This document shows, piece after piece, positions 30,371 to 41,036 of a stretch of DNA of 60,982 bases. The stretch covers positions 1 through 60,982 of the IMG/VR virus record IMGVR_UViG_3300027749_003742; one strand, given 5' to 3'. The position numbers and the translations under genes are program-made. A model generated the notes under the pieces. That model was not told the DNA's origin. It made no database searches and was given only the letters and a program-made list of their open reading frames with translations. Within the stretch, counting starts at the first letter, position 1. Each line of letters begins with the position of its first letter. Origin of the DNA: a virus (Duplodnaviria; Caudoviricetes).

Positions 30371-32239
30371 ATGGGAAAAATAATAGGAGTAGATTTAGGA
30401 ACTACAAATTCGTGTGTTGCCGTAATGGAAGGTAACGAACCAGTTGTTATTACAAACAGTGAAGGAAAAAGAACCACGCCTTCAATTGTCGGATTTATTA
30501 ATGGTGGTGAAAGAAAAATCGGGGACCCTGCAAAAAGACAGTCGGTAACAAACCCTGATAAAACGGTTTATTCAATCAAACGATTTATGGGGTTAACATT
30601 TGACGAAAGTAAAGGTGAGGTTAATAGAGTTCCGTATAAATTAGTTAAAGGTGAGGGTAACACTCCAAGAGTATCTATCGAAGATAGAATGTATTCTCCT
30701 CAAGAAATCTCGGCAATGATTCTTCAAAAGATGAAACAAACTGCGGAAGATTACTTGGGAACTGAGGTTACTGAAGCAGTTATTACTGTTCCTGCCTATT
30801 TTAACGACGCACAACGTCAGGCAACAAAAGAAGCTGGTGAAATCGCGGGATTAAAGGTATTGAGAATTATAAATGAACCGACTGCCGCGGCATTAGCGTA
30901 TGGACTTGATAAGAAATCTAAGGACATGAAAGTAGTTGTATTTGACTGTGGAGGAGGAACCCATGATGTGTCAGTATTAGACCTTGGAGACGGAATCTTT
31001 GAAGTGTTATCGACAGATGGTGATACACATCTTGGTGGTGACGACTTTGATAACACAATTATTGATTGGTTAGTTAAGGAATTTAAAGAAGAAAACAATC
31101 TTGACCTGACTAAAGACCCGATGGCGTTACAACGTTTGAGAGAGTCGGCAGAAAAGGCTAAGATTGAGTTGTCATCAACAAGTTCAACCGAGATTAATTT
31201 ACCTTACATCATGCCTGTAGATGGTATCCCTAAACATCTAGTTAGAACTTTAACTCGTTCTAAATTTGAACAATTGGTCGACAGTTTAGTACAAAGAACA
31301 ATCGCTCCTTGTAAATCAGCATTAAAAAACGCAGGATTAAAGACGACAGACATCGATGAGATTATTTTAGTTGGTGGTACAACACGTATTCCTGCTATCC
31401 ATGACGCGGTTAAAAAGTTCTTTGGGAAAGAGCCTTCAAAAGGGGTTAACCCTGATGAGGTAGTTGCTCTTGGTGCGGCAATCCAAGGTGGTGTATTAGC
31501 TGGAGACGTAAAAGATGTGTTGTTATTAGACGTAACACCATTATCTTTGGGTATTGAAACAATGGGTGGAGTATTCACAAAACTAATCGAATCAAATACT
31601 ACAATTCCAACTAAGAAGTCACAGGTGTTCTCAACGGCAGTTGATAATCAACCGTCAGTTGAAATCCACGTACTTCAGGGAGAAAGAACTATGGTTAGAG
31701 ATAACCGTACTATCGGTAGATTTCATTTAGATGGTTTACCACCTGCAATGAGAGGTACCCCTCAAGTTGAAGTCACTTTTGATATTGACGCTAACGGTAT
31801 TATAAACGTTTCGGCGATGGATAAGGCGACAAACAAACAACAATCAATTAGAATTGAATCTTCTTCAGGATTATCTAAAGAGGAGATTGAAAAGATGAAA
31901 CAGGAGGCCGAAATGAATGCTGAGTCTGATAAAAAGGCAAAAGAAGATGCTGACGCTATCAATATTGCAGACAGTACGATTTTTAACGTTGAGAAATCGT
32001 TAACTGATTTGGAAGGTAAAATATCCGAAGAACAAAAGTCTGAGATAACGTCAACTCTTGAAAAATTAAAAGAGGCTCACAGTAAGAAGGACGTAGAATT
32101 ATCTAAATCATTAGTTGATGAGGTAAATCTGAAATTCCAAAAGATTTCACAGGATTTGTATGACCAAGTTAACGACCAAACAGGTGATATGGAGTTTAAT
32201 GGTTCCGATGTTGAATTTGAAGAGGTGAATAATAAGTAA
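30371..32239 (+). CDS. dnaK: Chaperone DnaK (Hsp70)
   Basis: [54 protein letters not shown]. Confidence 0.99.
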   Translation: MGKIIGVDLGTTNSCVAVMEGNEPVVITNSEGKRTTPSIVGFINGGERKIGDPAKRQSVTNPDKTVYSIKRFMGLTFDESKGEVNRVPYKLVKGEGNTPRVSIEDRMYSPQEISAMILQKMKQTAEDYLGTEVTEAVITVPAYFNDAQRQATKEAGEIAGLKVLRIINEPTAAALAYGLDKKSKDMKVVVFDCGGGTHDVSVLDLGDGIFEVLSTDGDTHLGGDDFDNTIIDWLVKEFKEENNLDLTKDPMALQRLRESAEKAKIELSSTSSTEINLPYIMPVDGIPKHLVRTLTRSKFEQLVDSLVQRTIAPCKSALKNAGLKTTDIDEIILVGGTTRIPAIHDAVKKFFGKEPSKGVNPDEVVALGAAIQGGVLAGDVKDVLLLDVTPLSLGIETMGGVFTKLIESNTTIPTKKSQVFSTAVDNQPSVEIHVLQGERTMVRDNRTIGRFHLDGLPPAMRGTPQVEVTFDIDANGIINVSAMDKATNKQQSIRIESSSGLSKEEIEKMKQEAEMNAESDKKAKEDADAINIADSTIFNVEKSLTDLEGKISEEQKSEITSTLEKLKEAHSKKDVELSKSLVDEVNLKFQKISQDLYDQVNDQTGDMEFNGSDVEFEEVNNK

Positions 32240-32320
32240 CCTAATCTACATTGTCAAAAAATCCCTGAATTATTTTTAGGGATTTTTTGTTTGTGTCGAT
32301 TTTTTTTGTATCTTTGAGGT

Positions 32321-32818
32321 ATGAAGAACGAGTTACCATATTGTAAGACATCTGAAGGAATAATCGGTTATAGTGAGTCGATAATTGCCAAAGGGGAAAC
32401 TAATGATTGTGTTGTCAGAGCATTCGCATCTTGCTTTGACCTACAATATGACAAGGCACATAAGTTCGTTAAAGAGAAGTTTAATCGTGTCGATAGACAA
32501 GGGACATTTCGTACTGTTTATAAAATGACCGAAATTGCCACCAAAGGTCAACAAATTAACTATAAAAAAGTTAAGTGTTTGGGTGATAAAACGGAGTATT
32601 CTGGTCAACGCACAATGAAATATAAAGTCAAAACAAAAGAAGGATTTGTTATGAGAAACATGACCGTTGGTACGTTTACAAAACAAAACCCTATTGGGAC
32701 TTTTTTCGTCTTGGTTGATAGACACGCATTCACCATTAAAAACGGAGTTGTTATTGGTAATATGGAAGACGCAAAAAAACCTAAACGAGTAGTTAAACAC
32801 GCATTTGAAATTAAATAA
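32321..32818 (+). CDS. Hypothetical protein, possible Cys-His papain-like (C39-like) fold
   Basis: NDCVVRA..HAFTIKNG. Confidence 0.45.
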   Translation: MKNELPYCKTSEGIIGYSESIIAKGETNDCVVRAFASCFDLQYDKAHKFVKEKFNRVDRQGTFRTVYKMTEIATKGQQINYKKVKCLGDKTEYSGQRTMKYKVKTKEGFVMRNMTVGTFTKQNPIGTFFVLVDRHAFTIKNGVVIGNMEDAKKPKRVVKHAFEIK

Positions 32819-32944
32819 GATTTGGGGGTTAGATAATTTTGTACACACCTCGTAATAATGAGGGGATTAAACAATCAGGTATCAAAGAAAAGATTATCAA
32901 ATTCTTACAATAAAAAAAACCTCCTTAGTTGGAGGTTTTTTTAT

Positions 32945-33253
32945 TTAGTTAATAACGTCTTGAGTTGGTTCCTCAGTTGTTGAATTTTGTTTTTTTTCTT
33001 TTTGGATTTGGTTTATAATATACCCCGAAACCGCGAATTCAATACCCGCCCAAATTGCCATGTCAGATGATGTCATTGTTGGTAGTTTCTCAAGTAAAAA
33101 ATAAATCATCCCCCATTGAGCAATAATAAACGCAATTCCTGACTCAAGTCTTTTTTTAGAAAAATAAGAATCACCTCCTGAATAGATTTTACCAATCTCA
33201 CTAATAAACCATTTAATGTTTGTCCACCCTAAAAAATAAGTTTTGTTTTTCAT
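32945..33253 (-). CDS. Two-TM membrane protein (holin-like)
   Basis: SKKR followed by two hydrophobic helices and a charged tail. Confidence 0.45.
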   Translation of the reverse strand: MKNKTYFLGWTNIKWFISEIGKIYSGGDSYFSKKRLESGIAFIIAQWGMIYFLLEKLPTMTSSDMAIWAGIEFAVSGYIINQIQKEKKQNSTTEEPTQDVIN

Positions 33254-33391
33254 AATGTTTTTATTAATAAATATTTACATTTATCCGTTTATCACTATTA
33301 TTTGTAACCGCATAAAAAAAGGGGTAGTAGCGAACTTCCCCTTAATCTTGTTACCATAACGATAACGGTCCTAAAAGTCCTCTTTCGAGGA

Positions 33392-33901
33392 TTACTTTTC
33401 TTTAACTAACGTTAAACATCTCTTCAAATATTCTTTAGCTCTTGGTGTCGGACCAGAATGTTTTAATACTTTCTCAATATCTTTAACCAACTCTTCCCCG
33501 TGTTCATTTTCTTTATATAACTCGATTACCTTATCCATAGCCTTAACACACTCATTATTTGTCTCATCATGGTAATTCTTATTTCTAAAACCATTGATGT
33601 GATTCATTAGGTTATAAGACAAATGCTCCCCACCGTCATTAACGTCATGGAGTCTTAATGTTTTTAACATATCTAAAGTATCTACCATACCGTTAATTCC
33701 ACCATCTCTTTTATAAAGACTTGAGGTGTAGTTTTTAAAGTTCTCAGAAGGACCAACAATGTGGTCTAATGGGATTACATTCTCAGGAACACATCTTTGT
33801 TTTTGTTCACCGTCCTTTTTAGGTTCGATGCGTTGTTCTTCTAAAATATGTTGTCTGATTATTTTACGAAGTTTTTGTTCGTCTATAGTAATTTTTTTCA
33901 T
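33392..33901 (-). CDS. Hypothetical protein with IDEQKLRKII..ILEE leader
   Basis: TATTTAT upstream; leader motif. Confidence 0.65.
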   Translation of the reverse strand: MKKITIDEQKLRKIIRQHILEEQRIEPKKDGEQKQRCVPENVIPLDHIVGPSENFKNYTSSLYKRDGGINGMVDTLDMLKTLRLHDVNDGGEHLSYNLMNHINGFRNKNYHDETNNECVKAMDKVIELYKENEHGEELVKDIEKVLKHSGPTPRAKEYLKRCLTLVKEK

Positions 33902-34022
33902 TTGGAATTTCTTTATTTATAAATATTCATTTATTCTGAATTATTCGTCAGAGTCGATATTTATAAAAGGATATACCCAATTACGGGTAAATCAATAAAA
34001 AATAAAACTAATTACATGGGAG

Positions 34023-34241
34023 ATGGGGATAGTGATAAGAACATGGAGGAAGATATTTTTGGGGAACCTCTCTGTAAAGTTTCTCATGATAGCGATGTTT
34101 TTCAACCCTTTTGGGTTCGATGCGATACAGTACTATCTCTATACTTTGACAGGGAGTTTGTGGTACGCAAATCTAATTTTGTATTGCGTATCGGGACTAT
34201 TCTTTGGATTATCTTTTTATTTTCGAAAATTATCTAAATGA
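34023..34241 (+). CDS. Small membrane protein
   Basis: Two hydrophobic helices with FFNPFGFD; ATGA overlap with ppk2. Confidence 0.5.
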   Translation: MGIVIRTWRKIFLGNLSVKFLMIAMFFNPFGFDAIQYYLYTLTGSLWYANLILYCVSGLFFGLSFYFRKLSK

Positions 34242-35356
34242 AACAAATAATATCTGAAATATCGAGAATTAGTGAGATAATGGGGATTAAACCGTTAAAT
34301 CTTATTATTGAGGAAGAGGATGCAACCATAAGTGAAGTACATTTTAAACGAATAGTTGACTTATTAAAGTTCAATAAAATGTTTACAAAAACTAACGATA
34401 GTAATTTAAATAAAATATCAAAATACGCTAAATCACAAATTATTGATTTTAATTTACTTGAGCGGGGATTGATTAAGACTTTAAAATTAAAAGGAAACAA
34501 ATCAAAAAATGTTTCAGAATACTTTAAATTAGTGTTAAAGTCATTAAAACAACGTCAATCTAATATACACACATCTACTCCAGAAAAAGATGATTTACCA
34601 AGTTTAGAGATTCAGGAGCCATCTATTATACCTAAAAAAGTTTATAGAGAAGAACTTTATTATTTACAGGTTGAATTATTAAAACTACAAGAATGGTTAG
34701 TAAAAACAGGTAAAACAGTTATTATTGTATTTGAAGGTAGGGACTCCGCAGGTAAAGGGTCCACTATCAAAAAGTTTATTGAATTCATGAATCCACGTTT
34801 ATATAACGTTATCGCCCTTGGGATACCAACACCAAAGGAAAGAAAAAATTGGTGGGACAGATATAGAAACCTAATCCAAAAAGGGAAAATTAACCTATTT
34901 GATAGAAGTTGGTATAATAGAGGGTTAGTTGAGCCAGTAATGGGATATGGGAACACTGACGAATATGAAGATTTTATGGGTAATGTTGAAGGATTTGAAC
35001 AAGACTTAGTTAAAGATGGGGATTACCTGTTTAAATTATGGTTTTCAATCGATAAAGAAACCCAAGCAAAAAGATTTGATATGAGACAAAAATCCAAACT
35101 TAAGTATTGGAAATATTCCCCAAACGATTCTAAAATGCAAGACCTTTGGGACAGGTTCACAGAATTTAAAGATAAATTATTTGACAAAACATCAACTGTT
35201 AATCACCCTTGGGTTATTGTCGATTCTAATGATAAACGAATTTCAGGTTTAAACGCCATAAGATATGTGTTACAAAACATACCTTATGACAGAAAAAACG
35301 AAGATGTTTTAAATAAAAACTATCCTGAAGCGTTAACGGTGTTAAGACCCGAATAG
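34238..35356 (+). CDS. ppk2: Polyphosphate kinase 2 with about 130-aa N-terminal extension
   Basis: FEGRDSAGKG (Walker A), FDRSWYNR, KYWKYSPND. Confidence 0.93.
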   Translation: MKQIISEISRISEIMGIKPLNLIIEEEDATISEVHFKRIVDLLKFNKMFTKTNDSNLNKISKYAKSQIIDFNLLERGLIKTLKLKGNKSKNVSEYFKLVLKSLKQRQSNIHTSTPEKDDLPSLEIQEPSIIPKKVYREELYYLQVELLKLQEWLVKTGKTVIIVFEGRDSAGKGSTIKKFIEFMNPRLYNVIALGIPTPKERKNWWDRYRNLIQKGKINLFDRSWYNRGLVEPVMGYGNTDEYEDFMGNVEGFEQDLVKDGDYLFKLWFSIDKETQAKRFDMRQKSKLKYWKYSPNDSKMQDLWDRFTEFKDKLFDKTSTVNHPWVIVDSNDKRISGLNAIRYVLQNIPYDRKNEDVLNKNYPEALTVLRPE

Positions 35357-35358
35357 AC

Positions 35359-35565
35359 TTAATCTTCTTTATCCGAATCCATTGGTGGTAACACAAATTG
35401 TAACCAAATATCAAATATCAGTAAGTAACCCCACCAAGTTAATTTATCCATCGGATATTCCACAGGGTTTAATTGAGTCAAATACAGTAAGGTAACTAAC
35501 TTACATATAATATAGATTCTTGAAACTAATAGCACGAACCCTAATACTTTTGAGAATTTTTCCAT
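35359..35565 (-). CDS. Small membrane protein
   Basis: Two hydrophobic segments. Confidence 0.55.
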   Translation of the reverse strand: MEKFSKVLGFVLLVSRIYIICKLVTLLYLTQLNPVEYPMDKLTWWGYLLIFDIWLQFVLPPMDSDKED

Positions 35566-35569
35566 AGTC

Positions 35570-36023
35570 TTATAATTTTATTTCAAAACGATTTTTCATT
35601 ATTTCAATTTTATCTTCAGGAACCCCGTGTTGATTTACCCCACCATGACGATTTTCAACAATCACCGTAAAAACAGTATAATCATATTGTTTCGCTAATT
35701 TGAAGTAGATTTCCATTTCCCACTCTTGTGTAAACGTATTAGATACCGCGATTTCTCGATAAAATTGGTCATTTACTAATGAATCCTTCATATAAGTTTC
35801 CACCCTATCTTGACAGAATTTATGAGCATTTTTGATTTTAGAAACGTCAAATTTATATTCACCCGTTTCTTTATCAATAAAATATTTGTCCGCCTCACAA
35901 ACTAAAAAGTCTTCACCAACTAATTTTTCTGCAAAAGTTGATTTTCCCGAACCTAGCTCAAGGCACCCCCCTAACAAGATACAAAATCTTTTCGGGGGGT
36001 GCTGTATTTTTTTTATTATCCAT
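35570..36023 (-). pseudogene. AAA_33/N4BP2-like P-loop kinase interrupted by a 7-nt insert in Walker A (pseudogene or recoded)
   Basis: MDNKKNTAPPEKILYLVRGVP, TGA GCTA, then GSGKSTFA..EADKYF..AHKFCQ..SNTFTQEWE..HGVP. Confidence 0.7.
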
Positions 36024-36329
36024 ATATTTATTATTAGAGGTATTCTTGATACCGAATACAAATATAGTAAAAAAATATTATTATGACAAGTTTTAAAAGA
36101 AAATGTTCAAAATGTGATTGTGAAATAACATATAAAAACAAATATAATATGTTAAATGCGGAAAAAAAACAATCTAAATGTAAAATCTAATAAAACAAAA
36201 AAGAATAATAGATGACTTATTATAGGAAAATTTTAAGTATTTCGGCAACTTTAATCGTAGTTAAATAGACTCTAACATACATGTCAGATAATATTTTGGG
36301 GTAATGTTTCACAACATTAAATATGTCGA

Positions 36330-37352
36330 TTATTTATTAAATCTTTTTAATGCGTTCTCAGTTATAAAAATAAATTCAGAGCCTTTAAATTCCTCAAGGG
36401 TTGATGAGTTTGTGTAGGACATTGCGGACTTTAAATAGTCCTTAAAGTTGTTAATCCACGACCCTAAAGTGTATTCCACCTTATTGTATTTTACAATCCC
36501 CTCAGACGTTGTTAGGTTCTTCTTACCCCACTTCCGTTGGACTTCTTTAGTACTCATTCCTCTAAACTCTTTGTAAAAATACTTTCTAGTTTTTGGGAAT
36601 CTTTTCCAAAGATACGAAGAACGTTCATCAGACAATGTAATCAATTTGAATAATTTAGTTGGAGAACAAGACTCTAAGGTTTTGTTCAATACTCCCCCTA
36701 ACATAACGTAATCCGCACCAAGAGCTAAAGCTTTAATAATGTCATCATAATTTCTGAACCCACCATCGGCAATAATCTTAGTTGTGTAGTCACCATTTTT
36801 TTTGATTTGGTAACATTCGTTAATCAACGATGCCATTGGGTAATGAACACCAGTGTTTGCTGAGGTTAAACAACCACTACCCCCACCAATACCAACACGA
36901 ATAAAATCAACACCAAGTTCTGCAAACTTTTCATAGGTTTTTGGGTTGGCGATATTACCAACAATCAGTCTATGTTTTGGGTTTGTTCTAACATCACAAA
37001 ACTTTTTACATAAGTCATATAATTTAACCATGTGACCATTTGCGATATCGACAAGAATATTAATCTCCTCATCTAATTCGTCATCACCATACCACTCAAG
37101 AACTTTTTCAAAATCGTCTAATGAAATTGATGAGAATGTTCTACCCCCATGTATAAATCTTGGTAAACAAACTTCTAATTTTTCATCCAAAAATAAATTA
37201 TAATTCTCACCATCAACCACGGTATCCATTGGAGATACAAAAATTGGTAATTTATTATCCTCAGTAAAAATGTTAATTTGTGACCGACTATTAATTGAGG
37301 AGATGGTTTCGGGAACTAATGTGATATCTTTAAAGTCAAATTTCTTATTCAT
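36330..37352 (-). CDS. guaC: GMP reductase / IMPDH-family enzyme
   Basis: SPMDTV, VDIANGH, RVGIGGGSGCLT, IIADGG, GMST, SAMSYT; no CBS domains. Confidence 0.8.
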   Translation of the reverse strand: MNKKFDFKDITLVPETISSINSRSQINIFTEDNKLPIFVSPMDTVVDGENYNLFLDEKLEVCLPRFIHGGRTFSSISLDDFEKVLEWYGDDELDEEINILVDIANGHMVKLYDLCKKFCDVRTNPKHRLIVGNIANPKTYEKFAELGVDFIRVGIGGGSGCLTSANTGVHYPMASLINECYQIKKNGDYTTKIIADGGFRNYDDIIKALALGADYVMLGGVLNKTLESCSPTKLFKLITLSDERSSYLWKRFPKTRKYFYKEFRGMSTKEVQRKWGKKNLTTSEGIVKYNKVEYTLGSWINNFKDYLKSAMSYTNSSTLEEFKGSEFIFITENALKRFNK

Positions 37353-37405
37353 GATTAAAATATAACGAAAACGAACATTAAAGACAACTAAATGTATTTA
37401 TAATT

Positions 37406-38380
37406 ATGTTAACTGACCAAGAAATTAATCGACTTAATAAGTTTTTAGAAAATAAGACCTTCAATTATCAGGGACTTATGATTTTTAACACCAAAACAAT
37501 GGTGGATTTAGATTATAAATTTGAAATCCTTGGTTATAAACAAATGATTAGTGTTGGCGAATATTATGATTATATGAAAATCTCCATAACAATGTTTAAT
37601 TTCAGAGATAAGTTAAGTCAATTAATATTTTGTTCCCAAAATACGGAACACCAAGAGTTTTGGAAGAGTTTTTTTAACGATAGTTTATTTTTCTTTAAAC
37701 AACAAATACTTGAAAATATTACAAATATTTTGATTAACTTTGAGCCCAACATTAGAATTTTTATTGACAAAATCAATATTGAATTACCTGAAAAGGAAAA
37801 TATACAAGAACAAAAAATGACAAGATACGCGATTAGAAATGTTGTTAAAGACATTGTAAAAGTTTTGAAGACCAACGAGGAAGGTGAATATACCTTACCT
37901 GATAATGACTATGGTGGTGGTTACGAATTTGAAAAATTCCCTGTCGAATTTTCTGTTGACCTATATGTTAGTCATGACGATAGTTTTGATGGGTATAAAT
38001 TAAATGCCCAATATTCTCAAGAGGATGATACTATTGAAATTAGTATTGTGTATAATCCGTCAGATTTAAAAACATCCTTATATGAAATCGTTGGTGAGTT
38101 GAATGAGGTGTTGGCCCATGAATTAGAACATTCGTTACAAGGATATCGAGGAGAATTCGATATGGATGATGAAGAAGAAACTGATTCACTGAAATATTAT
38201 TTACAGGCTCACGAAATTCCTGCTCAAGTAGCAGGATTTAAACGACTTTCAAAATTACGTAAAGTACCGTTTGAGACAGTTGTTAGAAATTGGTTTAAAA
38301 CTCATGGGGAATTTCACCATTTAAACAATGATGAACAAGAAATTGTGATTAATAAATTGTTGGAGTATAAAAAGTCTTAA
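37406..38380 (+). CDS. HExxH metallopeptidase-like protein
   Basis: LAHELEHSLQ..HEIPAQ; resembles the 29201 protein. Confidence 0.6.
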   Translation: MLTDQEINRLNKFLENKTFNYQGLMIFNTKTMVDLDYKFEILGYKQMISVGEYYDYMKISITMFNFRDKLSQLIFCSQNTEHQEFWKSFFNDSLFFFKQQILENITNILINFEPNIRIFIDKINIELPEKENIQEQKMTRYAIRNVVKDIVKVLKTNEEGEYTLPDNDYGGGYEFEKFPVEFSVDLYVSHDDSFDGYKLNAQYSQEDDTIEISIVYNPSDLKTSLYEIVGELNEVLAHELEHSLQGYRGEFDMDDEEETDSLKYYLQAHEIPAQVAGFKRLSKLRKVPFETVVRNWFKTHGEFHHLNNDEQEIVINKLLEYKKS

Positions 38381-39009
38381 CCCTTATTTCGGAATCGTCT
38401 AATTAACTTATTGATTAATTCTTTTAGAATAACACCTGAAATAGTTAAAAGTCCAAATCCAGCCAATCGTTGTGCGATATGAAAAGGGGTAACAGAGTCA
38501 GGAGACCCTTTAGCTAAATTATAAATCATAGGGATTAATGGGATGATGAAAGTATAACTCATAATGTTAGTTACCTTATGAAGAGTAACACCTAAACTAC
38601 CGATAAAATCTAAAAACACTTCTTTCAGTTCTTTACTCTTTGTTAGAACTGTTTTAAACGGTTTGATTAAACCCTCTTCTTTTATTTTGTCGTATATTTT
38701 AGTTACAAATGTTTTATTGTCGATATAGTAAGTTGCAATAACACCCATCAAGATTAAACTAATCTCAAGGTCAGAAAGTTCAGGATGTCTACCAGCAAGA
38801 TAGTCCTCCAACGGACCAACAAAACCACCAATAGTTGCTCCCCAAGTAATTAAAAACTCTAAGTTAATTCCAACTTGTTGTGTGGAATCTTTAATGATTT
38901 TTTTAACAAATTCGTAATTTTGTTTAATAATATCACCAAGACCACCACCTGATTCTTCAGATAATAATTTTCTTTTTTGTTCTTCTGTAATTAAAATGGT
39001 GACACTCAT
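38377..39009 (-). CDS. Hydrophobic protein with LITEEQ..LLSEE leader
   Basis: Leader motif plus several hydrophobic helices. Confidence 0.6.
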   Translation of the reverse strand: MSVTILITEEQKRKLLSEESGGGLGDIIKQNYEFVKKIIKDSTQQVGINLEFLITWGATIGGFVGPLEDYLAGRHPELSDLEISLILMGVIATYYIDNKTFVTKIYDKIKEEGLIKPFKTVLTKSKELKEVFLDFIGSLGVTLHKVTNIMSYTFIIPLIPMIYNLAKGSPDSVTPFHIAQRLAGFGLLTISGVILKELINKLIRRFRNKG

Positions 39010-39059
39010 ACGTTAATAAATACTTTGTTTATATTTATTATCATAACAATAGTGAAAAA

Positions 39060-39677
39060 ATGATAAACCCTAAATTAAATGTTGGTGATAGAGTAGTGTT
39101 ACTTCATATGGATGGTGAGACTTCCGTATCACCTGGAGAACAAGGAACCGTAATTGCTCATTCAAAAGTATTCGGTGATGACCAATATACCGTATCATGG
39201 GATAGTGGTAGTAAATTAGCGTTAATATCAAGCGTTGATTTATGGGACACGCCTAAAGATAAGAAAAAACCAAATCCTGTTGATGAAAGAGTAATAACTA
39301 AAAAAAGTATTACAGAAATTGACGACCAAAATAGAGTATTCTTAAAAAATATTGATATTTTTAAACACTTTAATATGAAATTCTTAAAAAGTTACTTAAT
39401 GGATATTAGAAAATCAGGAATCACAAATATGTTTGGGGCCGCACCATACCTATACATGGGTAAGGATAGAATTGAACACGAATTCAAATACAAAGATATT
39501 GACGAGGATTTGATTGAGAAGGTTTTAGAAAGGGCCGACCAATCCCAATCGGAAATGATTAATGGAACAATTAAAGCGTTAAATGCTCAAGGTAAGGAAG
39601 AGAGTCTTGAGAATATTAATAGGTTCATCTCAAGATACTCCACTATGGTAGTTGAGACTTATTTTCACCTATTCTAA
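39060..39677 (+). CDS. Two-domain hypothetical protein (DUF4314-like plus RKSG.TNMF domain)
   Basis: VGDRVVL..GTV..VSWDSGSKLAL; IRKSGITNMFGA. Confidence 0.55.
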   Translation: MINPKLNVGDRVVLLHMDGETSVSPGEQGTVIAHSKVFGDDQYTVSWDSGSKLALISSVDLWDTPKDKKKPNPVDERVITKKSITEIDDQNRVFLKNIDIFKHFNMKFLKSYLMDIRKSGITNMFGAAPYLYMGKDRIEHEFKYKDIDEDLIEKVLERADQSQSEMINGTIKALNAQGKEESLENINRFISRYSTMVVETYFHLF

Positions 39678-39959
39678 AATAAAATCCCATACATCATTCT
39701 TTTTTGTTGGTGTAACATTTAAATCTAAAAAGATTGCGTTCTGTTGTCCAGCATAAAGTCCTAAAATGTTAAAATCATAAAATTCCTCAGCCTCCTGTTC
39801 AGTCATACCATCTCTGATTTGAAGTAAGGATAAAATTATACGTTTAGAGTACAGTATTCTCTTACCATTACCAAACTCCTCAACGATACCAATTATCGCA
39901 CCTTCTAAACCATCCAATAGGATTGCCCCTTCAGCATATTCGTCTATATCTATATTCAT
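39669..39959 (-). CDS. Conserved-type phage hypothetical protein
   Basis: DGLEGAIIG..DGMTEQEAEEFYDFNILGLYAG. Confidence 0.65.
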   Translation of the reverse strand: MNIDIDEYAEGAILLDGLEGAIIGIVEEFGNGKRILYSKRIILSLLQIRDGMTEQEAEEFYDFNILGLYAGQQNAIFLDLNVTPTKKNDVWDFILE

Positions 39960-40020
39960 AGTTTAAGGATATAAAAAATATTCCATCAAATCAACATATT
40001 TATATTTAAAACAAATCGTT

Positions 40021-40665
40021 ATGAACCAATATTTTTTTAAAATGACAAATGAGGAAAGAACTAGTATTCTTGACCAACATAAACATGTCTATGATGGATA
40101 TGTAACAAACTACGCCAAACCAAACGAACAACCATTATATACCCAAGACTTTGCAAACGACAAAGGAGGAATTACAATCAATAATAAAGGTCAGGTCACC
40201 ACATATAAAAATATGGGAATTAACGAAAGTGTCCTTGAAAGTGAGGAAGAAGAATCTTACATGGTAAGTGTTGGTGAACAATTAGATATGATTGGTGATG
40301 GTGATGATGACTTAGAACATGGAACATTTCCTGATGATGACGAAGATGATGTTAGATTTGTTAAATGTTCTCATTGTAGTGGTAAAGGTCATAAAGGTCA
40401 CGATGACTCCACTTATGAAGAATGTGAATGGTGTGATGGGACAGGAATGTCAGACTCATTTGATGATGATGAAGATGATTATAAAGATTTAAGTATGTAT
40501 AACCCATACTACGGTGATGATGAGGAACCTGAATTTGAAGATATGGAAATTGAAGATGTTTTAGGTTTATCTAACGATGATGAGGATGATGATGAAGTAA
40601 TTAGTTCTCTACAGGAACAAGTTAACAAATCATTAGATATGTTCAGAAGATTTAAAAATCTATAA
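40021..40665 (+). CDS. Highly acidic protein with two CxxCxGxG motifs
   Basis: D/E-rich; CSHCSGKG and CEWCDGTG. Confidence 0.65.
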   Translation: MNQYFFKMTNEERTSILDQHKHVYDGYVTNYAKPNEQPLYTQDFANDKGGITINNKGQVTTYKNMGINESVLESEEEESYMVSVGEQLDMIGDGDDDLEHGTFPDDDEDDVRFVKCSHCSGKGHKGHDDSTYEECEWCDGTGMSDSFDDDEDDYKDLSMYNPYYGDDEEPEFEDMEIEDVLGLSNDDEDDDEVISSLQEQVNKSLDMFRRFKNL

Positions 40666-40724
40666 CTTTTCATTACTTTTGTGATATTTCTTATGTATAA
40701 TTAAATAATTTAAATTAAGAAAAC

Positions 40725-41036
40725 ATGGAAATTAAAGAATTAGTATCGTATTACTTAAATGACTCGTCAAAAACTCTTGATGTAACATTTAGAACCACTT
40801 TAGATGGTGAGGATGAAATTAGAGAAGATAAGATTAACTTTGACGAAATAACCGACTTTGGGTATGACTTCGTTTCAGATACGACAGATAACTACAGAGC
40901 ATTACTCGATGAAGACTACGAAGACGATGACTACGAAGAAGACGAGATATTTGTTGACGACCAAGAAGTAACATCATTCTTAAATGAATACTATTTAATT
41001 CACCCAACCAAACTTCCTAACTCAGAATTATTTTAA
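40725..41036 (+). CDS. Acidic hypothetical protein
   Basis: ORF. Confidence 0.65.
   Translation: MEIKELVSYYLNDSSKTLDVTFRTTLDGEDEIREDKINFDEITDFGYDFVSDTTDNYRALLDEDYEDDDYEEDEIFVDDQEVTSFLNEYYLIHPTKLPNSELF

Noticed and set aside
30817-31962. Antisense ORFs inside dnaK and other long genes
   Set aside because: Expected antisense shadows from codon bias; no expression signals
35954-36061. ORF-track N-terminus MYSVSRIP..GGCLEL for the kinase
   Set aside because: Starts at a TTG inside the promoter element and lacks the beta-strand/Gly of Walker A; the proper N-terminus is in another frame from ATG 36023
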